This document shows, piece after piece, positions 61,447 through 64,000 of a stretch of DNA of 64,000 nt. Where the stretch lies: assembly GCA_048939015.1 (NCBI GenBank), contig JBHLPW010000015.1, forward strand, positions 18,438-82,437, in the 5' to 3' direction. Within the stretch, counting starts at the first letter, position 1; each line of letters starts with the position of its first letter. The notes beneath the pieces were generated by a model, which saw nothing but the letters and a program-made list of their open reading frames with translations, did no database searches and was not told where the DNA came from. The translations under genes were made by a program, and so were the position numbers. This DNA is from Promethearchaeota archaeon (GTDB taxonomy: Archaea > Asgardarchaeota > Lokiarchaeia > Sigyniarchaeales > SOKP01).

Positions 61447-63801
61447 ATGGTAAATAAATCAGTATCAAGTCTTATAATTGATAAATTTGGTTTGAATTTA
61501 TATCAAAAATCACTTAAATTTCTTTCAAATAAAGTTAATCTTATTGAAATCAAAGAACAGCCAATATTTATTAGGAGTATAATTTTAGACAATGAACGTG
61601 AATTCCATCTTATTATTGATGAATGGAATAATGAAATATTTCACGACTGTCCTGCATTTCTTATTCATGCAGAACGAGAGAAAAAAATTTGCATTCATCT
61701 TTTAAAATTATTATTATTTATTAAAGATTCTCTTGCTCTAAGAATTTTAGAAAAATTCAATGAATATAATTTAACTTCGGAAGATTTAGGTTCACAGAAA
61801 AAAAGTAAAAGCTTTAAATTATTAGCTAATAGTTGTCTTATTAATAATAATTGTGTAGAAGCGTTAAGTTATTTGAATAAAGCGATTATAAATCAATTAG
61901 AAAGCGAAACAATTATTGAAACTTTCTTAGACACGGCGATAAACAATAATTTATTTTTAGAGTTTTTTGAGTTTTTAGAAAATGCGTGTGAAAATGATTT
62001 AATCAATTACATTTTGAAATTCAGTAAAAAAATTGAACAAGGGTTTAAAAGATTTTTAAACGCAATCCCGGATTATTCATTTTTTAATATCCTTAAAATT
62101 ATTGAATCTATTGATAAAGTATCAGAATTTAAAGATATTTCTTTTATTGTTTTATATGTTGAGGATCTACGAGAGATGGTTAATAGTTCGGATTTAAACA
62201 CTAAATATTTCTCAATCTATCTTATAAAAAAGTATTATGAAAAATTAATTAACGAAAATCTGGCTTTTAAGGACATAGTTTCTGAAACTCAGTTAAAAGC
62301 CATAAGAATAGAACTATTAAATTATTTTTTTTCTGAAATTGACAATTTCTGTGTAATCGAGAAATTAAAATTATTGAAAAAGCAATTTAAAGTTATAGAT
62401 ATTCCCAAAGAAAAATTTTACAATGAATATAAGAATTATAAAAAAGAAATTCAAGAATTAGAAAGAAAAGTCTATCTTAAAAAATTTAGCTATTTAAAGG
62501 CTTTAATTGAAAAATATAATATAAAAAAAGCAAAAGGAGAATTTAGAAAAAAAAGGAATACTTATGTAGTAAAACATGATGAAAATAATTTAAAAAACCC
62601 CGTCTATCACTATATTATATCTCGCATTGGCTTTTTTGGTTTAAACGATCAGATAATAAAATCCTCAGAAATTGGAATTAATTATTTTATAATGAAAGAA
62701 TTGTTTTCAGATGATTTGAGTAGTCTTCAAGACGTATTTTATTATCGACAGCAGTTTTGGGGTGAAGTAGATAATTATGAAATTAACTTAATGGATAGGT
62801 TAACTCTATCAAGTAAAAGTAATGAATATAGTTTGGATGTTGAACATAAATATTCTGATGATATAATGGTTATAGAATGGAATTTGGCAAACAGGCCGAT
62901 TCAAGGAAGTATTGTAAATGCTTATAGTTCTCAAATAATAATTCCCGACTATAATAATCCCCTTTTTCATGATTTAAAACCATTTGATTTATGTTATTGC
63001 AAAAAGACTCCAGTAAAAATGGAGAGTAATATAATCAAAACTGTAAATGTAATTAAAAAATGTTCTTTTAAAGACGCTATTAAAAGTATTTCAAAAGGAA
63101 TGGAATTCATAGAAGGATATTATCCATTATCATTAGTAAAAGCAGTATTAAATAAAGAAATTGATCCATTTCATGCAAATGCGATTGTAATAAATAATGA
63201 AAATAAGATTTTTATACCAAACTATAAAAAATTTCTAAAAGCTTTTAATGATTTTTTACTGAATTTTATTTTTAAAGAACGAGATTATATCTTTGAAGAA
63301 TTAAAAAACAATATAGAACATAACACTACTCAAATTTTAACACTATTAAATTTGAATAATGATTTAGCAGGGTTAAATTTTCAATATTCTGAATTAATAA
63401 AGGAAAGTTTTTATCCAAATATTAAAATAAAAGACTTTAAAACAAAATTTCTGAATAATATCCATTCTTGCATAAAAAAGATATTAAATCAGCGAGAAGT
63501 TGGAAGTACGAGAATATTTGACTTGAAAAAATTGCAGCATACACCATTTTTTAAGTACTCAAATGAAATCCTTGAAATTAGAAAAAGAGAATTTGAATCT
63601 GCAGTAATTCATAGATTTATTAGCAAAGATAGAGTGCTTTTCGATATATCTGAAATTAAAAAGACGTTTTATGGTGAAAAGTTTTTAGATATTCTTCAAA
63701 TTAAGGATTTATTGATTATAAATCCGGATCAATTAAAACAGTTTAATGATATTAGTTTAAAATTAAATTTAATAACTAAGGTTATAGATTTATCAAAATA
63801 A
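61447..63801 (+). CDS. SWIM zinc-finger-containing conserved protein
   Basis: FHDCPAF...ICIHLLKLL. Confidence 0.7.
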   Translation: MVNKSVSSLIIDKFGLNLYQKSLKFLSNKVNLIEIKEQPIFIRSIILDNEREFHLIIDEWNNEIFHDCPAFLIHAEREKKICIHLLKLLLFIKDSLALRILEKFNEYNLTSEDLGSQKKSKSFKLLANSCLINNNCVEALSYLNKAIINQLESETIIETFLDTAINNNLFLEFFEFLENACENDLINYILKFSKKIEQGFKRFLNAIPDYSFFNILKIIESIDKVSEFKDISFIVLYVEDLREMVNSSDLNTKYFSIYLIKKYYEKLINENLAFKDIVSETQLKAIRIELLNYFFSEIDNFCVIEKLKLLKKQFKVIDIPKEKFYNEYKNYKKEIQELERKVYLKKFSYLKALIEKYNIKKAKGEFRKKRNTYVVKHDENNLKNPVYHYIISRIGFFGLNDQIIKSSEIGINYFIMKELFSDDLSSLQDVFYYRQQFWGEVDNYEINLMDRLTLSSKSNEYSLDVEHKYSDDIMVIEWNLANRPIQGSIVNAYSSQIIIPDYNNPLFHDLKPFDLCYCKKTPVKMESNIIKTVNVIKKCSFKDAIKSISKGMEFIEGYYPLSLVKAVLNKEIDPFHANAIVINNENKIFIPNYKKFLKAFNDFLLNFIFKERDYIFEELKNNIEHNTTQILTLLNLNNDLAGLNFQYSELIKESFYPNIKIKDFKTKFLNNIHSCIKKILNQREVGSTRIFDLKKLQHTPFFKYSNEILEIRKREFESAVIHRFISKDRVLFDISEIKKTFYGEKFLDILQIKDLLIINPDQLKQFNDISLKLNLITKVIDLSK

Positions 63802-63809
63802 TTTTTAAT

Positions 63810-64000
63810 TTAATTCTCAAATTGTAATTTCCCATAAACTGCGTCGTGTCCTGGTATAAACCAGAATTTTCCATTTCGTACTTTTTGAATAGCTTTATTT
63901 AAATTTTCGGGAATATTGTTAAAGTTACTCTTTCCTTCCCATATTGCAAATTCACTACCATTTTGTGCAATTAAATTTTCATATATCAATAAATTCGCTC
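63810..64000 (-). CDS. Partial CDS, C-terminus resembling endonuclease Q (PHP family)
   Basis: ...KAIQKVRNGKFWFIPGHDAVYGKLQFEN* resembles the PGxDGxYG tail. Confidence 0.45.
   Translation of the reverse strand, partial: ANLLIYENLIAQNGSEFAIWEGKSNFNNIPENLNKAIQKVRNGKFWFIPGHDAVYGKLQFEN

Overview
AT-rich archaeal DNA, most consistent with an Asgard (Lokiarchaeia-like) genome. Indicators are a Rag/Arf-like GTPase, a longin-like protein, a Loki-type LRR N-terminal domain and GAGGTGA ribosome-binding sites. About 1-31755 looks like a large integrated mobile region whose right junction cuts off the 5' end of a small-GTPase gene; the left junction is not in the window. It carries a Sph/Rad50-like SMC operon, its own RPA, Cdc6 and RadA paralogues, a membrane HerA/VirD4-like ATPase module, an HUH rolling-circle Rep/IS91-like protein and defence-type cargo. 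The most unusual signal lies between the HUH gene and the ATPase gene: three back-to-back long-range inverted-repeat pairs (16860-21949), each clamping small ORFs, with compensatory changes between pairs. Other non-coding signals are phased GTAnTAC arrays, a tandem covarying structured motif at 31416-31619, and hairpins upstream of rpa and cdc6. The right half is mostly core genome: cdc6-like, an smc with no recognisable hinge, scpA, scpB, two adjacent valS genes, tRNA-Ala(CGC), a glycyl-radical enzyme, a DNA methyltransferase, MoxR-vWA, a GIY-YIG nuclease and a SWIM protein. A 6.5 kb island sits between two divergent copies of the smc 3' end. All calls come from manual motif reading; no database searches were run.
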